A stretch of 54,318 nt of DNA from an uncultured Candidatus Saccharibacteria bacterium (GCA_964625995.1 CAZVDC010000001.1:1-54318); one strand, 5' to 3'; shown: positions 7,672-17,632, counted from the first letter of the stretch. Numbers and translations are program-made. Notes: a model not told the origin generated them from the sequence alone.

Positions 7672-8343
7672 AGAGGGATAGTTTAATAATTGAATATCTA
7701 CGCCCGTTAGAAATGTTCTAGTGGAATAGTAATCTGCTTCTTGAATAACTTTTTCAAAAGGGGTGAATGCTCGGCCGGGGAGGGGACCAAAAGTTCCCAT
7801 GTGCCATTTTATCCCGTTTAAAATTTGAAACTTATCTTCTTTGGCAAGTTTTTTACAAGAAGGTAGTTGAGATAAGAGATTAGCAGCTAATTCACCATGA
7901 TTATAACAAGACTTATCTCCCCATTTTATTTTTCTGTTATCACCTCTTATACATATATCGTGAAGCAAGGCCGCAGACAAGGCCCTGTCTAGCCAAATGG
8001 GTTTAGGTACAATAAAAGGAGGTTTGTCTAACTTTTTTCTCAATTGGATGTATCGTCGCAGTCCTTCTATTACATAATAGGCGCAGACTATGATATGGTT
8101 AATTATTCCTCCTGGTTCAATTAGATCAAAAGCTGTGTGATATTTTCTATTTTCTATACCGAATTTTTTTGCTCTTATTGAGGAAGGAGAAGTCCAAAAT
8201 TCATCAGGAGCTTTTTCTAAACCTTCCTTGGTAAATTCTTTAATAGAAGGAGATTGAATTTTTTCCAAAATTAATTTAATGGGTGAAATAGAAGTTTTTT
8301 GTTTTAAAATCTCCTCGGCATTTAAATAGATTCCTGGTTTCAT
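7660..8343 (-). CDS. HD-domain phosphohydrolase family protein
   Basis: H..HD pattern (NHIIV.., AALLHDICI, YNHGELAA, EADYYS). A strong SD (TAAGGAGGGT) lies upstream. Confidence 0.6.
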   Translation of the reverse strand: MKPGIYLNAEEILKQKTSISPIKLILEKIQSPSIKEFTKEGLEKAPDEFWTSPSSIRAKKFGIENRKYHTAFDLIEPGGIINHIIVCAYYVIEGLRRYIQLRKKLDKPPFIVPKPIWLDRALSAALLHDICIRGDNRKIKWGDKSCYNHGELAANLLSQLPSCKKLAKEDKFQILNGIKWHMGTFGPLPGRAFTPFEKVIQEADYYSTRTFLTGVDIQLLNYPSKDP

Positions 8344-8396
8344 TAACCAACCCTCCTTATTATTAAGTTTTTAAAGTACAAATAGTTTGGATAGTA

Positions 8397-8405
8397 AAGA
8401 TAGCA
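8397..8405 (-). promoter_or_regulatory. extended -10 promoter (TGCTATCTT)
   Basis: The minus strand reads ATTATGCTATCTT about 55 nt upstream of the ATG at 8343. Confidence 0.45.
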
Positions 8406-8418
8406 TAATTTAAATTAT

Positions 8419-9537
8419 ATGTCAAAAGATTATTATAAAATTTTAGGCGTTTCTCGTAATGCCTCAAAAGAAGAGATAAAAAAGGCTTATCGTCGATTAG
8501 CTCATAAATATCATCCAGATAAGGGCGGAGACGAGCAGAAGTTTAAAGAAATTAATGAGGCTTATTCAGTTTTGTCTGATGATAAAAAAAGAGCCCAATA
8601 TGATCAATTTGGGACAACTTTTGATAAATTTGGTTTTTCTGAGGATTACAGTTCTGGCAGAGAATGGACGGGTTTTACTAGTTTTGAGGATATTTTGAGA
8701 AATTTTCAGGGATTTAAAGATAAAAAAACAGAATGGGATTTTGGAGATATATTTGGAGATTTGTTTGAGAATTTTTTTGGACAGAGAAAAACAGGATATC
8801 GCTATAAAAAAAGGAAGGCTCCAGATATTATTATAGACTTAGAGTTAACTTTAGAAGAAATTTTTAAAGGTTTAAAAAAAGAAGTTAAAATAAGAAAAAC
8901 AATTAAGTGTCCTGAATGTAAGGGCACAGGAAGAGCAAAGGACAGCAGGATGAAAAAATGTCCATTTTGTGGAGGAACAGGAGAGCTTCACCAAACCCAA
9001 AGAACGTTTTTTGGTTCTTTTAGTAGAATAGTAGTTTGTCCAGAGTGCCAAGGAGAAGGAGAGATTCCAGAAAGACCTTGTAAGAAGTGCCGAGGCACAG
9101 GTCGAATTAAAGGCCTTGAGACGATTAGTATAAATATTCCATCAGGGGTTGATGACGGACAAATTATTAAGATAGAGGGTCAGGGTGAAGAGGGCAAAAA
9201 AGGAGAGCTTCCCGGAGATTTGTATATCAGGATTCATCTTAAAAAACATAAATATTTTACCAAAAAAGGAGATGATATATATTATAAACTTCCAATAACC
9301 TTTTCTCAGGCTGTATTAGGTGACAAGGTAGAGGTGCCTACCCTAGAAGGAAAAGTTAAACTTAAAATTCCTGCTGGTATAGAATCAGGAAAGTTAATAA
9401 GAATAAAGGGGAAGGGAATGTTTAAACCCAATGGACAACGTGGTGACCAATATGTTAAAGTTGAAATAATAACGCCTAAGAAAGTTTCTAAAAGAGCTAA
9501 GGAGCTGTTAGAAAAACTAAAAGAAGAAGGATTATAA
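8419..9537 (+). CDS. dnaJ: molecular chaperone DnaJ
   Basis: J domain with HPD (KYHPDKGG), an F-rich linker and four CxxCxGxG zinc-finger repeats. Confidence 0.93.
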   Translation: MSKDYYKILGVSRNASKEEIKKAYRRLAHKYHPDKGGDEQKFKEINEAYSVLSDDKKRAQYDQFGTTFDKFGFSEDYSSGREWTGFTSFEDILRNFQGFKDKKTEWDFGDIFGDLFENFFGQRKTGYRYKKRKAPDIIIDLELTLEEIFKGLKKEVKIRKTIKCPECKGTGRAKDSRMKKCPFCGGTGELHQTQRTFFGSFSRIVVCPECQGEGEIPERPCKKCRGTGRIKGLETISINIPSGVDDGQIIKIEGQGEEGKKGELPGDLYIRIHLKKHKYFTKKGDDIYYKLPITFSQAVLGDKVEVPTLEGKVKLKIPAGIESGKLIRIKGKGMFKPNGQRGDQYVKVEIITPKKVSKRAKELLEKLKEEGL

Positions 9538-9541
9538 TAAC

Positions 9542-10582
9542 ATGGAAGAAAGAAGTATAAATACACTTAAGCTTGAAGAGCAAAAAAACAAACCTTCAAA
9601 AAAAGGGATTTTTTTAGTTGTGGCTATAAGTATTATTTTTATTTTAGTTTTTCTTTTCTTTCTGAAAACCGGTTTTACTTTTAGTAAAATCGTAACTATT
9701 AAAAATATTGCTTGGGAAAAAATTTTTGGAGAACTGCCTCCTTCAGAGTATTTACCTTTAAAGGATGAGGATAGAATAAATTTTTTACTTTTAGGAATAA
9801 GAGGGGTTAATGATAAAAACGGAGGCTTACTTACCGATAGTATAATGATTGTTAGTTTTAAAAAAAGCACCAAGCAAATAGCTTTGATTTCTATACCAAG
9901 AGATTTGTATGTTCAGATGCCCGGCGAAAGTTTTTTTGAGAAAATTAATGCTGCTTATGCTTTAGGTTTAAAAAAATATCAAAACGGGTTAGATTATACC
10001 AAAAAAACAATTGGGTATGTAACAGGAATATATATTGACCATGCTGCTGTAGTCGATTTTGAGGGGTTTAGAAAAATGGTAGATGCTTTAGGGGGAGTAA
10101 CAATATATTTAGACAAACCCTTTGTGGAAGATAAACAGTGGTGGTGCGATGAAAATGGAGAAAATTGTCGCCCTTTTGTTATCAAAGCCGGAAAACAAAC
10201 TTTAGATGGAGAAACTGCTTTATTATACATAAGATCTAGGTTTTCAAGCAGTGATTTTGATAGGATAAGAAGACAACAACAAGTTTTATTGGCTATAAAA
10301 GATAAAGTTCTTAGTTTAGGGGTTTTAGCTAATCCAGTAAAAATAAATGAGTTGTTTAATATTATAGCAGATCATATTGAAACAGATGTAAAACCTTGGG
10401 AAATCCCTGGTTTAATAACTTTAGCTAATAATGTTGATACAGAACATATAATTAAGCAAGTTTTTGATACAAGCCCAGAAGGTTTATTGCAAGAATCTAT
10501 AAAAGACGGCATTTATATTCTTGTTCCTAGAGATGGGAATTTTGATAGTATAAGGAAAACCTGTCAACAAATTTTTGACTAA
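9542..10582 (+). CDS. LytR-CpsA-Psr (LCP) family cell-envelope phosphotransferase
   Basis: N-terminal TM anchor, then the LCP core pattern (NFLLLGIRG..TDSIMIVS..ISIPRDLYV..YIRSR..DFDRIRRQQ). Confidence 0.75.
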   Translation: MEERSINTLKLEEQKNKPSKKGIFLVVAISIIFILVFLFFLKTGFTFSKIVTIKNIAWEKIFGELPPSEYLPLKDEDRINFLLLGIRGVNDKNGGLLTDSIMIVSFKKSTKQIALISIPRDLYVQMPGESFFEKINAAYALGLKKYQNGLDYTKKTIGYVTGIYIDHAAVVDFEGFRKMVDALGGVTIYLDKPFVEDKQWWCDENGENCRPFVIKAGKQTLDGETALLYIRSRFSSSDFDRIRRQQQVLLAIKDKVLSLGVLANPVKINELFNIIADHIETDVKPWEIPGLITLANNVDTEHIIKQVFDTSPEGLLQESIKDGIYILVPRDGNFDSIRKTCQQIFD

Positions 10583-10670
10583 GAATATTTATAATTGTAC
10601 AGAAGCAAACACTGGTTTGTTTAAATTTTTGAGCATCCAGTGTTCAAATCTGTACTATCCAGCTAGAATT

Positions 10671-11477
10671 ATGGATTTGTCCATAATAATTACCCATTAT
10701 CAGACTCCAGAACTTTTAGATCTTTGTCTAGATTCTATTATTAAGGCAACCAAGGATATTAAGAAAGAAATAATAGTAGTAGATAGCGAATCTCGGGAAG
10801 ATACAAGACATTTAATAAAAGAAAAATATAAACAAGTCAGAATTCTTCCTTTTAGAAAAAATGTTGGATATGCCAAGTTAGTCAATGCTGGCCTTCGTAA
10901 GGTTAAGGGAGAGTTTATTCTAATCTTAAATGCCGATATCATTGTCACAGAAAACTCTATTGATAAAATGTTAGATTTTTTAAGAAGGCATCCAGAGGTT
11001 GGGATAATTGGACCAAGATTAATGGATTTTACAGGCAAAATTCAAATTTCTTGTTTTGCTAATCCTACTCTTGGAGCACTTTTAGCCCGGAGAACTATTT
11101 TAGGAAAGACAAGATGGGGAAGAAAAAAGTTGAGCGAATTCGTGCTTAATGAAGCCTGTAAAAAAGTTAATAGACCCTTAGAAGTTGATTGGCTTCAAGG
11201 TTCTGCTATAATGATTAAAAGATGTTTGTTAGATAAAATAGGATATTTAGACGAAAACTTTTTTATATACTTTGAAGATGCTGACTGGTGTAGAAGATGT
11301 TGGCAAGCAGGTAAAAAAGTGATATATTTCCCTTCGGCAAAAATGTTTCATTATTATCACAGGGCGAGTAAAAAATGGGGCGGGTTTCTAGATTTAATTT
11401 TAAACAAATATACAAGAATTCACTTAATTAGTGCCTTAAAATATTTTTGGAAATACCGATATAAAGTTAAAAAATAA
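10671..11477 (+). CDS. family 2 glycosyltransferase
   Basis: LSIIITHYQ..VVDSES..ILNADI (DxD-like)..FFIYFEDADWC is typical of the GT2 fold. The ATG at 10671 is preferred over the TTG at 10575. Confidence 0.8.
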   Translation: MDLSIIITHYQTPELLDLCLDSIIKATKDIKKEIIVVDSESREDTRHLIKEKYKQVRILPFRKNVGYAKLVNAGLRKVKGEFILILNADIIVTENSIDKMLDFLRRHPEVGIIGPRLMDFTGKIQISCFANPTLGALLARRTILGKTRWGRKKLSEFVLNEACKKVNRPLEVDWLQGSAIMIKRCLLDKIGYLDENFFIYFEDADWCRRCWQAGKKVIYFPSAKMFHYYHRASKKWGGFLDLILNKYTRIHLISALKYFWKYRYKVKK

Positions 11478-11486
11478 AGATAAGAA

Positions 11487-12728
11487 ATGAAACACACATT
11501 TATGTTGATTAAAAAGACAAAAAAATACTACTTTATTTTCATAACAATTATTTTAATTGCTACTGCTTTTATTACTGGTTTTTACTTTGGCAAATTTCAG
11601 CAACCGAGAATAACTCCTTCTGATACTATTATTATAAACAGAGAATTAGGGCAGCCAGAAACAGTAGACTTTAGTCTTTTTTGGCAGGTTCTTAAATCTC
11701 TTGAAGAAAATTATGTAGATAAAGACAAAATAGATTATAAAGAGGTTCTATATGGAGCAATTTCGGGCATGACAGAATCTTTAGAAGACCCTTATACTGT
11801 TTTTATGAAGCCCGAAAAAACAGAATCTTTTCTTGAAAGCGTAGAAACTGGAGGAAGTTTTGAGGGGGTGGGAATGGAGATAGGAATTAAAAAAGGAAAA
11901 CTTACTGTGATTGCTCCTTTAGAAAATACCCCAGCAGAAAGAGCTGGAATAAAGGCAGGAGATAAAATTCTTAAAATAGATGATATCTCAACCGAGGATA
12001 TTCTTTTAGAGGAGGCAGTAAATTTAATAAGAGGTAAGAAAGGAACAAAGGTAGTGCTTACTATATCTAGAGAAGGTCTATCCGAACCAAAAGAAATTAC
12101 TATTATAAGAGATGTAATTCAAATTCCAGTAATAAAATGGGAAGAATTAGACAACAAAATAGCATATATAAAAATTTATCATTTTACAGGAAATCTTCCA
12201 GAAAAATTTAAAAATGTAGTTTCTGAAATTTTAAGTCACAAAAGCGAAAAAATTATTTTAGATTTGAGAAATAATCCTGGCGGATATCTAGAAACAGCGG
12301 TTGATATAGCAAGTTGGTTTATTCCTCGAGGCGAGCTTGTTGCTATTGAGGAATTTAGGGATCAACAACAGGATTTTTATAGAAGCAAGGGATACAAAGG
12401 CATAGCCCATCTTCCCCTAGTTGTGTTGATAAATAAGGGCTCTGCTTCGGCTTCTGAAATCGTAGCCGGCGCCCTGAGGGATACCAGAAACATAACACTA
12501 ATAGGAGAGAAAAGTTTTGGCAAAGGGTCTGTTCAAACTTTAAAAAAGTTTCAAGATGGTTCTTCTTTAAAAGTTACGGTGGCTAAATGGCTTACTCCTT
12601 CAGGTGTTTCTATAAACGAGGAAGGATTGACACCGGACATAGAAGTAGAATTAACTGATGAAGATTTTAACAATGATTTGGATCCTCAACTGGAAAAAGC
12701 TATTGAGTTTTTAAATTCTAATTTTTAA
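11487..12728 (+). CDS. S41 family carboxy-terminal processing peptidase
   Basis: TM anchor, PDZ segment (GIKAGDKILKIDD), catalytic region GSASASEI and KSFGKGSVQ. Confidence 0.85.
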   Translation: MKHTFMLIKKTKKYYFIFITIILIATAFITGFYFGKFQQPRITPSDTIIINRELGQPETVDFSLFWQVLKSLEENYVDKDKIDYKEVLYGAISGMTESLEDPYTVFMKPEKTESFLESVETGGSFEGVGMEIGIKKGKLTVIAPLENTPAERAGIKAGDKILKIDDISTEDILLEEAVNLIRGKKGTKVVLTISREGLSEPKEITIIRDVIQIPVIKWEELDNKIAYIKIYHFTGNLPEKFKNVVSEILSHKSEKIILDLRNNPGGYLETAVDIASWFIPRGELVAIEEFRDQQQDFYRSKGYKGIAHLPLVVLINKGSASASEIVAGALRDTRNITLIGEKSFGKGSVQTLKKFQDGSSLKVTVAKWLTPSGVSINEEGLTPDIEVELTDEDFNNDLDPQLEKAIEFLNSNF

Positions 12729-12800
12729 TTTAATTGATTTCTTGAAAAGGTGTGGTAAAATATAATCAAAAGAATTTTAAATAGTTGATAAATCAAACGT

Positions 12801-13250
12801 ATGAAAGTAATTCTTCTTCAAGATGTTGAAAAATTGGGTAAAAAGGGAGATGTAAAAGAGGTAGCAGATGGATACGCTCGAAACTTTTTGTTACCAAAAA
12901 AATTAGCAAAGATAGCTACCAAAAAAGCACTTGCTATCCTTGAGAAAGAAAAAGAATTAATGGCCAAAAAAGCAGAAGAAGAGTTGAAAAAGATTCAAGA
13001 GATGGTTTCTAAAATAGATGGAGAAGAAATAGAGATTCCTGTTAAGGTTAAACCAGGAAAGAAAGAATTATACGCTAAGGTTTCTACCCAGAAAATCGCC
13101 CAAGAGTTATTAAAAAAAGGCATCAAAGTTAAAAAGGAACAGATAAGATTGGATGCCCCTATTAAAGAATTAGGCGAATATAAGGCGGTTGTAACATTTG
13201 AACACGGATTAGAGGCAGAGATAAACATATTAATAACAGAAGAAAAGTAA
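12801..13250 (+). CDS. rplI: 50S ribosomal protein L9
   Basis: [32 protein letters not shown] is the canonical L9 N-terminus. Confidence 0.92.
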   Translation: MKVILLQDVEKLGKKGDVKEVADGYARNFLLPKKLAKIATKKALAILEKEKELMAKKAEEELKKIQEMVSKIDGEEIEIPVKVKPGKKELYAKVSTQKIAQELLKKGIKVKKEQIRLDAPIKELGEYKAVVTFEHGLEAEINILITEEK

Positions 13251-13278
13251 ACATTGACCACTGGTCAATGTTTTTTTC
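13251..13278 (+). terminator. intrinsic terminator after rplI
   Basis: ACATTGACCA-C-TGGTCAATGT followed by T7. Confidence 0.6.
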
Positions 13279-13282
13279 TTTT

Positions 13283-14908
13283 ATGACAAGATATATTTTT
13301 GTAACGGGCGGTGTGATGTCAGGAATAGGGAAGGGGATAGCTACTTCTTCTATGGGGGCTATTCTCCAAGGATATGGTTTTAATGTTACTGCAATTAAAA
13401 TAGATCCATATATTAATGTTGACGCTGGAACAATGAATCCAGTAGAGCATGGCGAAGTGTTTGTTACCGAGGATGGGGTAGAGTGTGATCAAGATATTGG
13501 CAATTACGAGAGATTTTTGGACAAGAATATTTATTCTGATAATTATATGACCACAGGCAGAGTGTATCAAGCTGTAATTTCTCGGGAGCGTAATCTAGGA
13601 TATCATGGTCGTTGTGTTGAGGTAATCCCTCATATTCCAGACGAAGTTATTGGGAGAATTAAAAAGGCAGCCAAAAAAACTAAGGCTGATTTTGTTTTAA
13701 TTGAGATCGGAGGAACAGTTGGCGAATATCAAAACCTTTTATTTTTAGAAGCAGGAAGGATGATGCGGTTAAAGCATCCTAAAGAAGTTTTGTTCGTATT
13801 GGTAAGTTATCTGCCCGTTCCAGATATAATTGGAGAAATGAAAACAAAACCAACTCAGCATGCGGTTAGGATGTTGAATTCAGCAGGAATTCAGCCGGAT
13901 ATAATAATTGCTAGAAGCAAGTATCCATTAGACGAGCCAAGAAAAAGAAAAATTTCTTTATTCTGCAATATTGAAAAGGAAGATGTTATTTCTGCTCCTG
14001 ATATAGAATCAATTTATGAAGTTCCCTTAAATTTTGAACGAGATAATTTAGGTAGGCGAATTTTAAAAAAGCTGAATTTGAGAAGTAGGAAAAAAGGAAA
14101 GGGTATGAAGCCATGGATTGACTTAATAGAAAAAATTCACAATCCAGAAGGAAAAGTTAAAATAGGAATTGTTGGAAAGTATTTTGATACAGGAAATTTC
14201 ACCTTAGCTGATTCTTATATATCTGTTATTGAGGCAATAAAACATGCTTGTTGGTTTTTTAAAAAAGAACCGGAATTATATTGGCTTAGTTCTGAAAAAT
14301 ATGAGAAGAATTTTAAAAGTCTAAACGAATTAAAAAAACTGAATGGAATAATTGTTCCTGGTGGGTTTGGCAGTAGGGGGGTGGAAGGAAAGATAAAAAC
14401 AATTGAGTTTGTTAGAAAAAACAAAATTCCTTTTCTTGGACTATGTTATGGAATGCAATTAGCAGTAATTGAATTTGCTAGAAATGTTTGTGGTCTTAAG
14501 GGAGCTCATACCACTGAGATAGATAGGAACACAAAATATCCTGTAATTGATGTTTTGCCTGAACAAAAAATCAATATCCGAAAAAAGAATTATGGAGCCA
14601 CTATGAGACTAGGAGCTTATTCTTGTAAGTTATTTAAAGATACAAAAAGTTATGAAGCTTACAAGAAGATTAATATATCTGAAAGACACCGTCATCGCTA
14701 TGAGCTTAATAATGACTTTAGAGAAATACTTGAAAAAAATGGACTAGTAACAGCAGGAATAAACCCTGAACGGAATCTTGTAGAAATTGTAGAGCTTAAG
14801 AATCATCCATTTTTTGTTGGAACCCAATTTCATCCAGAGTTCAAATCAAGGCCTCTCAATCCTCATCCATTGTTTAAGGCCTTTGTAAAAGCTTGTATAA
14901 AAAAATAA
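13283..14908 (+). CDS. pyrG: CTP synthase
   Basis: MTRYIFVTGGVMSGIGKG N-terminus and a GATase domain with GLCYGMQ and HRHRYE. The ATG at 13283 is preferred because the ATG at 13268 lies inside the rplI terminator. Confidence 0.95.
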   Translation: MTRYIFVTGGVMSGIGKGIATSSMGAILQGYGFNVTAIKIDPYINVDAGTMNPVEHGEVFVTEDGVECDQDIGNYERFLDKNIYSDNYMTTGRVYQAVISRERNLGYHGRCVEVIPHIPDEVIGRIKKAAKKTKADFVLIEIGGTVGEYQNLLFLEAGRMMRLKHPKEVLFVLVSYLPVPDIIGEMKTKPTQHAVRMLNSAGIQPDIIIARSKYPLDEPRKRKISLFCNIEKEDVISAPDIESIYEVPLNFERDNLGRRILKKLNLRSRKKGKGMKPWIDLIEKIHNPEGKVKIGIVGKYFDTGNFTLADSYISVIEAIKHACWFFKKEPELYWLSSEKYEKNFKSLNELKKLNGIIVPGGFGSRGVEGKIKTIEFVRKNKIPFLGLCYGMQLAVIEFARNVCGLKGAHTTEIDRNTKYPVIDVLPEQKINIRKKNYGATMRLGAYSCKLFKDTKSYEAYKKINISERHRHRYELNNDFREILEKNGLVTAGINPERNLVEIVELKNHPFFVGTQFHPEFKSRPLNPHPLFKAFVKACIKK

Positions 14909-14930
14909 AACTGCTATTTATAGCAGTTTT
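14907..14930. terminator. bidirectional intrinsic terminator (pyrG / rpmA)
   Basis: AAAACTGCTA-TTTA-TAGCAGTTTT with A and T runs on both sides. Confidence 0.75.
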
Positions 14931-14957
14931 ATTTTAATTAAGTATTTATGAAAAGAA

Positions 14958-15242
14958 TTATTCAGATATTGGTACTACATTTACGATCTTTGCTTTTCTT
15001 GAACTTCCATCAAATCTCTTTTTAGCTTTTGTTTGAAATTGAACAATTCCTTCTTTTACAGCGTAAAGAGTATCATCTTTTCCTCTTCTTACATTTAAAC
15101 CAGGAAGAAACTTTGTTCCTCTTTGGCGGACAATAATACTGCCTGGTTTAGCTTTTTGGCCATTAAATAATTTAACCCCAAGATATTTCGGGCGAGAATC
15201 CCTACCTAATTTAGTTGTACCTGCAGATTTTGTTTTAGCCAT
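14958..15242 (-). CDS. rpmA: 50S ribosomal protein L27
   Basis: [34 protein letters not shown] is canonical L27. Confidence 0.95.
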   Translation of the reverse strand: MAKTKSAGTTKLGRDSRPKYLGVKLFNGQKAKPGSIIVRQRGTKFLPGLNVRRGKDDTLYAVKEGIVQFQTKAKKRFDGSSRKAKIVNVVPISE

Positions 15243-15287
15243 ATTTTTTTATTTAATTTATTAATCTTATCTTAATACAATTTTTAA

Positions 15288-15296
15288 AATTTAGCA
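15288..15296 (-). promoter_or_regulatory. extended -10 promoter (TGCTAAATT) of rpmA
   Basis: The minus strand reads TTGCTAAATT about 45 nt upstream of the ATG at 15242. Confidence 0.4.
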
Positions 15297-15302
15297 AGTC
15301 CA

Positions 15303-15329
15303 ATGTAACGAGGAAAGACCTCGTTACAT
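15303..15329. repeat. REP-like palindrome copy (AAAGA orientation)
   Basis: ATGTAACGAGG-AAAGA-CCTCGTTACAT. Confidence 0.9.
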
Positions 15330-15474
15330 AAAATAACCAATAACCAAGAAACAAGATACAAACAATAACCAATAACCAAGAAATAAGAAACAAACAATGT
15401 CTAATGACTAATGTCTAATTTCTAATTTTGAATTTTGAAATAATTCTTTAATTCTTTAATTTTGAAACATCTTA
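15330..15474. repeat. low-complexity modular tract
   Basis: AATAACCAATAACCAAGAAA(C/T)AAGA..ACAAACAAT occurs twice. Heptads TGTCTAA/TGACTAA lie at 15398-15425 and AATTCTTTAATT runs at 15442-15463. Confidence 0.8.
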
Positions 15475-15542
15475 ATATAACGAGGCCACCCTGCGGGGTG
15501 GTCATCCGCAGGGTGGAAAGACCTCGTTACAATCTCGTTACA
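15475..15542. repeat. expanded REP-like palindrome with nested GC-rich hairpin plus extra half-site
   Basis: ATATAACGAGG (15475-15485), insert CCACCCTGCGGGGTGGTCATCCGCAGGGTGG (15486-15516), AAAGA, CCTCGTTACA (15522-15531), and a second arm TCTCGTTACA (15533-15542). Confidence 0.85.
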
Positions 15543-15605
15543 ATCGGAGCGGAAAGGTAAAAGTCGAAAGTTTGAACCTGAAACTGTCTTATAATCGTTT
15601 TATAA

Positions 15606-15634
15606 TTGACTTTTTAAAAAAAATACGCTATAAT
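15606..15634 (+). promoter_or_regulatory. sigma70-type promoter
   Basis: TTGACT (15606-15611), 17 nt, TATAAT (15629-15634), upstream of the 15685 gene. Confidence 0.65.
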
Positions 15635-15684
15635 TAAGTTGAAAATTGTTCTTTGACAAATTAAATAAAGCAAGGGGGGTAAAA

Positions 15685-16464
15685 ATGAAAAACCTACCTT
15701 TTTTATTTCTATTATCAATTCTTCTTTTATTTTTACCGCTTAGAGGAGAAACCGAATTAAACCTGTCGCTCACTACTTTAAATCCTTTATATGCTGATAT
15801 AAACTCAACTCCTGTCGGGGGATATATTAGATTGTTTTTGAAGCGCAATTTAGATTATCTTGATATTCGTGGTAGTTATACAAGAGGCTCTTCTGATATT
15901 AAGAGTCAGAGCAAGATGGAGTTTAGTATACAAGTTGAGCGAGTTTTATGGCGGAAACTGGTAGTAAACTGGAATTATTCTCAATGGAGAGAGGCAGAAA
16001 ACTTGTTTGTATACTATGTGTTTAATAAAACAAGAAGTGAAATCCTTTCTAAAAAATGGAAGGAAGCAATAGTTGGCTTAGGTCTAGGAGTAAGACTAGG
16101 CGAATATAGAAAATCTTTTTTCAGTGCAGTTGGGAATTTTGGGTATACTTGGGTTAATAAGATAACCGATCTAAAGCTGTTGGATAAGAGATTCAAAAAT
16201 AATCTTATAGGAACTCCAGTGCTAGGCATGAACTTAAAGACTAGACTAGAGCTAAAAACTTTTTGGTTTGATTTTGAGGGAGATTATAATTATCTCTTAA
16301 AAGATAAAGAATCTAAAGCAGAATTTATCTTTGGAGTTGGGGCAAGGATTGTAAAACGGATAGGAATAAAAGGAAATGTGTTGGAAAGTTACATAGGTAA
16401 CAGAAAAGGATTAAGGTATACAGGCGTTGCTGTTGGTGTAGTAGTTTTTCTCGGGGAGGTGTAA
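15685..16464 (+). CDS. hypothetical secreted beta-strand-rich protein
   Basis: SD AAGGGGGGT lies before the ATG at 15685. Signal peptide MKNLPFLFLLSILLLFLPLRG is followed by alternating hydrophobic/polar strands throughout. Confidence 0.55.
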   Translation: MKNLPFLFLLSILLLFLPLRGETELNLSLTTLNPLYADINSTPVGGYIRLFLKRNLDYLDIRGSYTRGSSDIKSQSKMEFSIQVERVLWRKLVVNWNYSQWREAENLFVYYVFNKTRSEILSKKWKEAIVGLGLGVRLGEYRKSFFSAVGNFGYTWVNKITDLKLLDKRFKNNLIGTPVLGMNLKTRLELKTFWFDFEGDYNYLLKDKESKAEFIFGVGARIVKRIGIKGNVLESYIGNRKGLRYTGVAVGVVVFLGEV

Positions 16465-16465
16465 A

Positions 16466-17560
16466 ATGAGGAAAAAATATTTTTTTATTTTATTTATTCT
16501 ATTGTTTAGTTGTCGGGTTATAGCTAATGCCGATGAAGAAGTTGTTCAGTCTTTTGATGTTATAGCTCATTATTGTGCTTGGTATCAAGTTCCTTGGTAT
16601 CTTTTTCCTTACACAATGCCGCTTAGAGGATATTATAACTCTTGGGATCCCTTAGTGGCTGCTGAACAGAATGAAGAAAAGAATGCTTATGGTATTAATA
16701 TAGATATGATTTCTTGGCCGGGTCCTGTAGAGGGAAGGCAACAAGAGATGATGTTAACTGGATATTTTGGCGCTTGGAATCTTCATACTCGGAAGTTTGC
16801 CATCTTGTATGAGATAATTCCCTTGTTGGGAAATAGAGAGGTTTATGATTTCAACGACCCTTTATTAAAAGAAAAGTTTATTGCTGATATAGATTATCTA
16901 GTAGATACGCTTTTTACTTGGTATTCTGATGTTGTTTATAGAATTAACAATCGGCCGGTTGTATATATCTGGACTGGAAAGTTTAAGAATTTTAAACAAG
17001 TTAGTGCAGAAGTTAGGGAGAAAGTATATTTAGTAGGACCAGAGTTTATTTTATTCCCTCCAGAAGACCGGGAGAAAGAAAGAATAGAGAATCTGAAAAA
17101 TTTTGATGCCATAACTTCATACGGGATAGACCCTGTTTATTTGGCTCAAAAATACGGAAGTTTAAATACTGAAGCTGTAGCAGAATATGTTGAAGCAGTT
17201 ATAAAATGGGATAGAGTACTAAAGAAATATACACCTAATACAGATTTATGGTTGCCAATTTCTTTTGGGTATCACGACAACAGAGGAGATTTTGATGAAT
17301 ATGGCAGAGCTAGAGTGTTAACTAGCACGCCAACGCAAGCTGAAACATTTGCTAGAGTAGTAAAGGCTCTTGCTGATAAGTTGAATAGAAAAAGAATTTT
17401 CGTAGTATCTTATAACGAGCACTACGAAGGTACCAGTGTGGAGCCTAGTGAGGAATATGGGTATCTGTGGATTTCTCTCCTTAAAAAGTATTTTGGAAGT
17501 AGAGAGGAGAATCAGAATTTTTTAAATAAAAAAATAAAAACAAAATGGCGCCGAGATTAA
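16466..17560 (+). CDS. putative lipoprotein, GH99-like glycoside hydrolase fold
   Basis: Lipobox LLFSC. The motif VVSYNEHYEGTSVEPS resembles the FNEWHEGTQIE signature I recall for GH99 endo-alpha-mannosidase-like enzymes. SD GGGGAGGTG is present. The start lies 1 nt after the previous stop. Confidence 0.45.
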   Translation: MRKKYFFILFILLFSCRVIANADEEVVQSFDVIAHYCAWYQVPWYLFPYTMPLRGYYNSWDPLVAAEQNEEKNAYGINIDMISWPGPVEGRQQEMMLTGYFGAWNLHTRKFAILYEIIPLLGNREVYDFNDPLLKEKFIADIDYLVDTLFTWYSDVVYRINNRPVVYIWTGKFKNFKQVSAEVREKVYLVGPEFILFPPEDREKERIENLKNFDAITSYGIDPVYLAQKYGSLNTEAVAEYVEAVIKWDRVLKKYTPNTDLWLPISFGYHDNRGDFDEYGRARVLTSTPTQAETFARVVKALADKLNRKRIFVVSYNEHYEGTSVEPSEEYGYLWISLLKKYFGSREENQNFLNKKIKTKWRRD

Positions 17561-17578
17561 ATCTCGCGCCATTTTTTT
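17544..17578 (+). terminator. intrinsic terminator
   Basis: AATGGCGCCGAGAT-TAA-ATCTCGCGCCATT followed by T7. It overlaps the stop codon. Confidence 0.7.
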
Positions 17579-17584
17579 GAAATA

Positions 17585-17632
17585 TTCATATGTAACGAGG
17601 TTCATATGTAACGAGGTCTTTCCTCGTTACAT
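17585..17632. repeat. REP-like half-site plus full palindrome (TCTTT orientation)
   Basis: TTCATATGTAACGAGG is repeated in tandem (17585-17600, 17601-16). The full palindrome ATGTAACGAGG-TCTTT-CCTCGTTACAT lies at 17606-17632 and abuts the stop of the nuclease gene. Confidence 0.9.
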
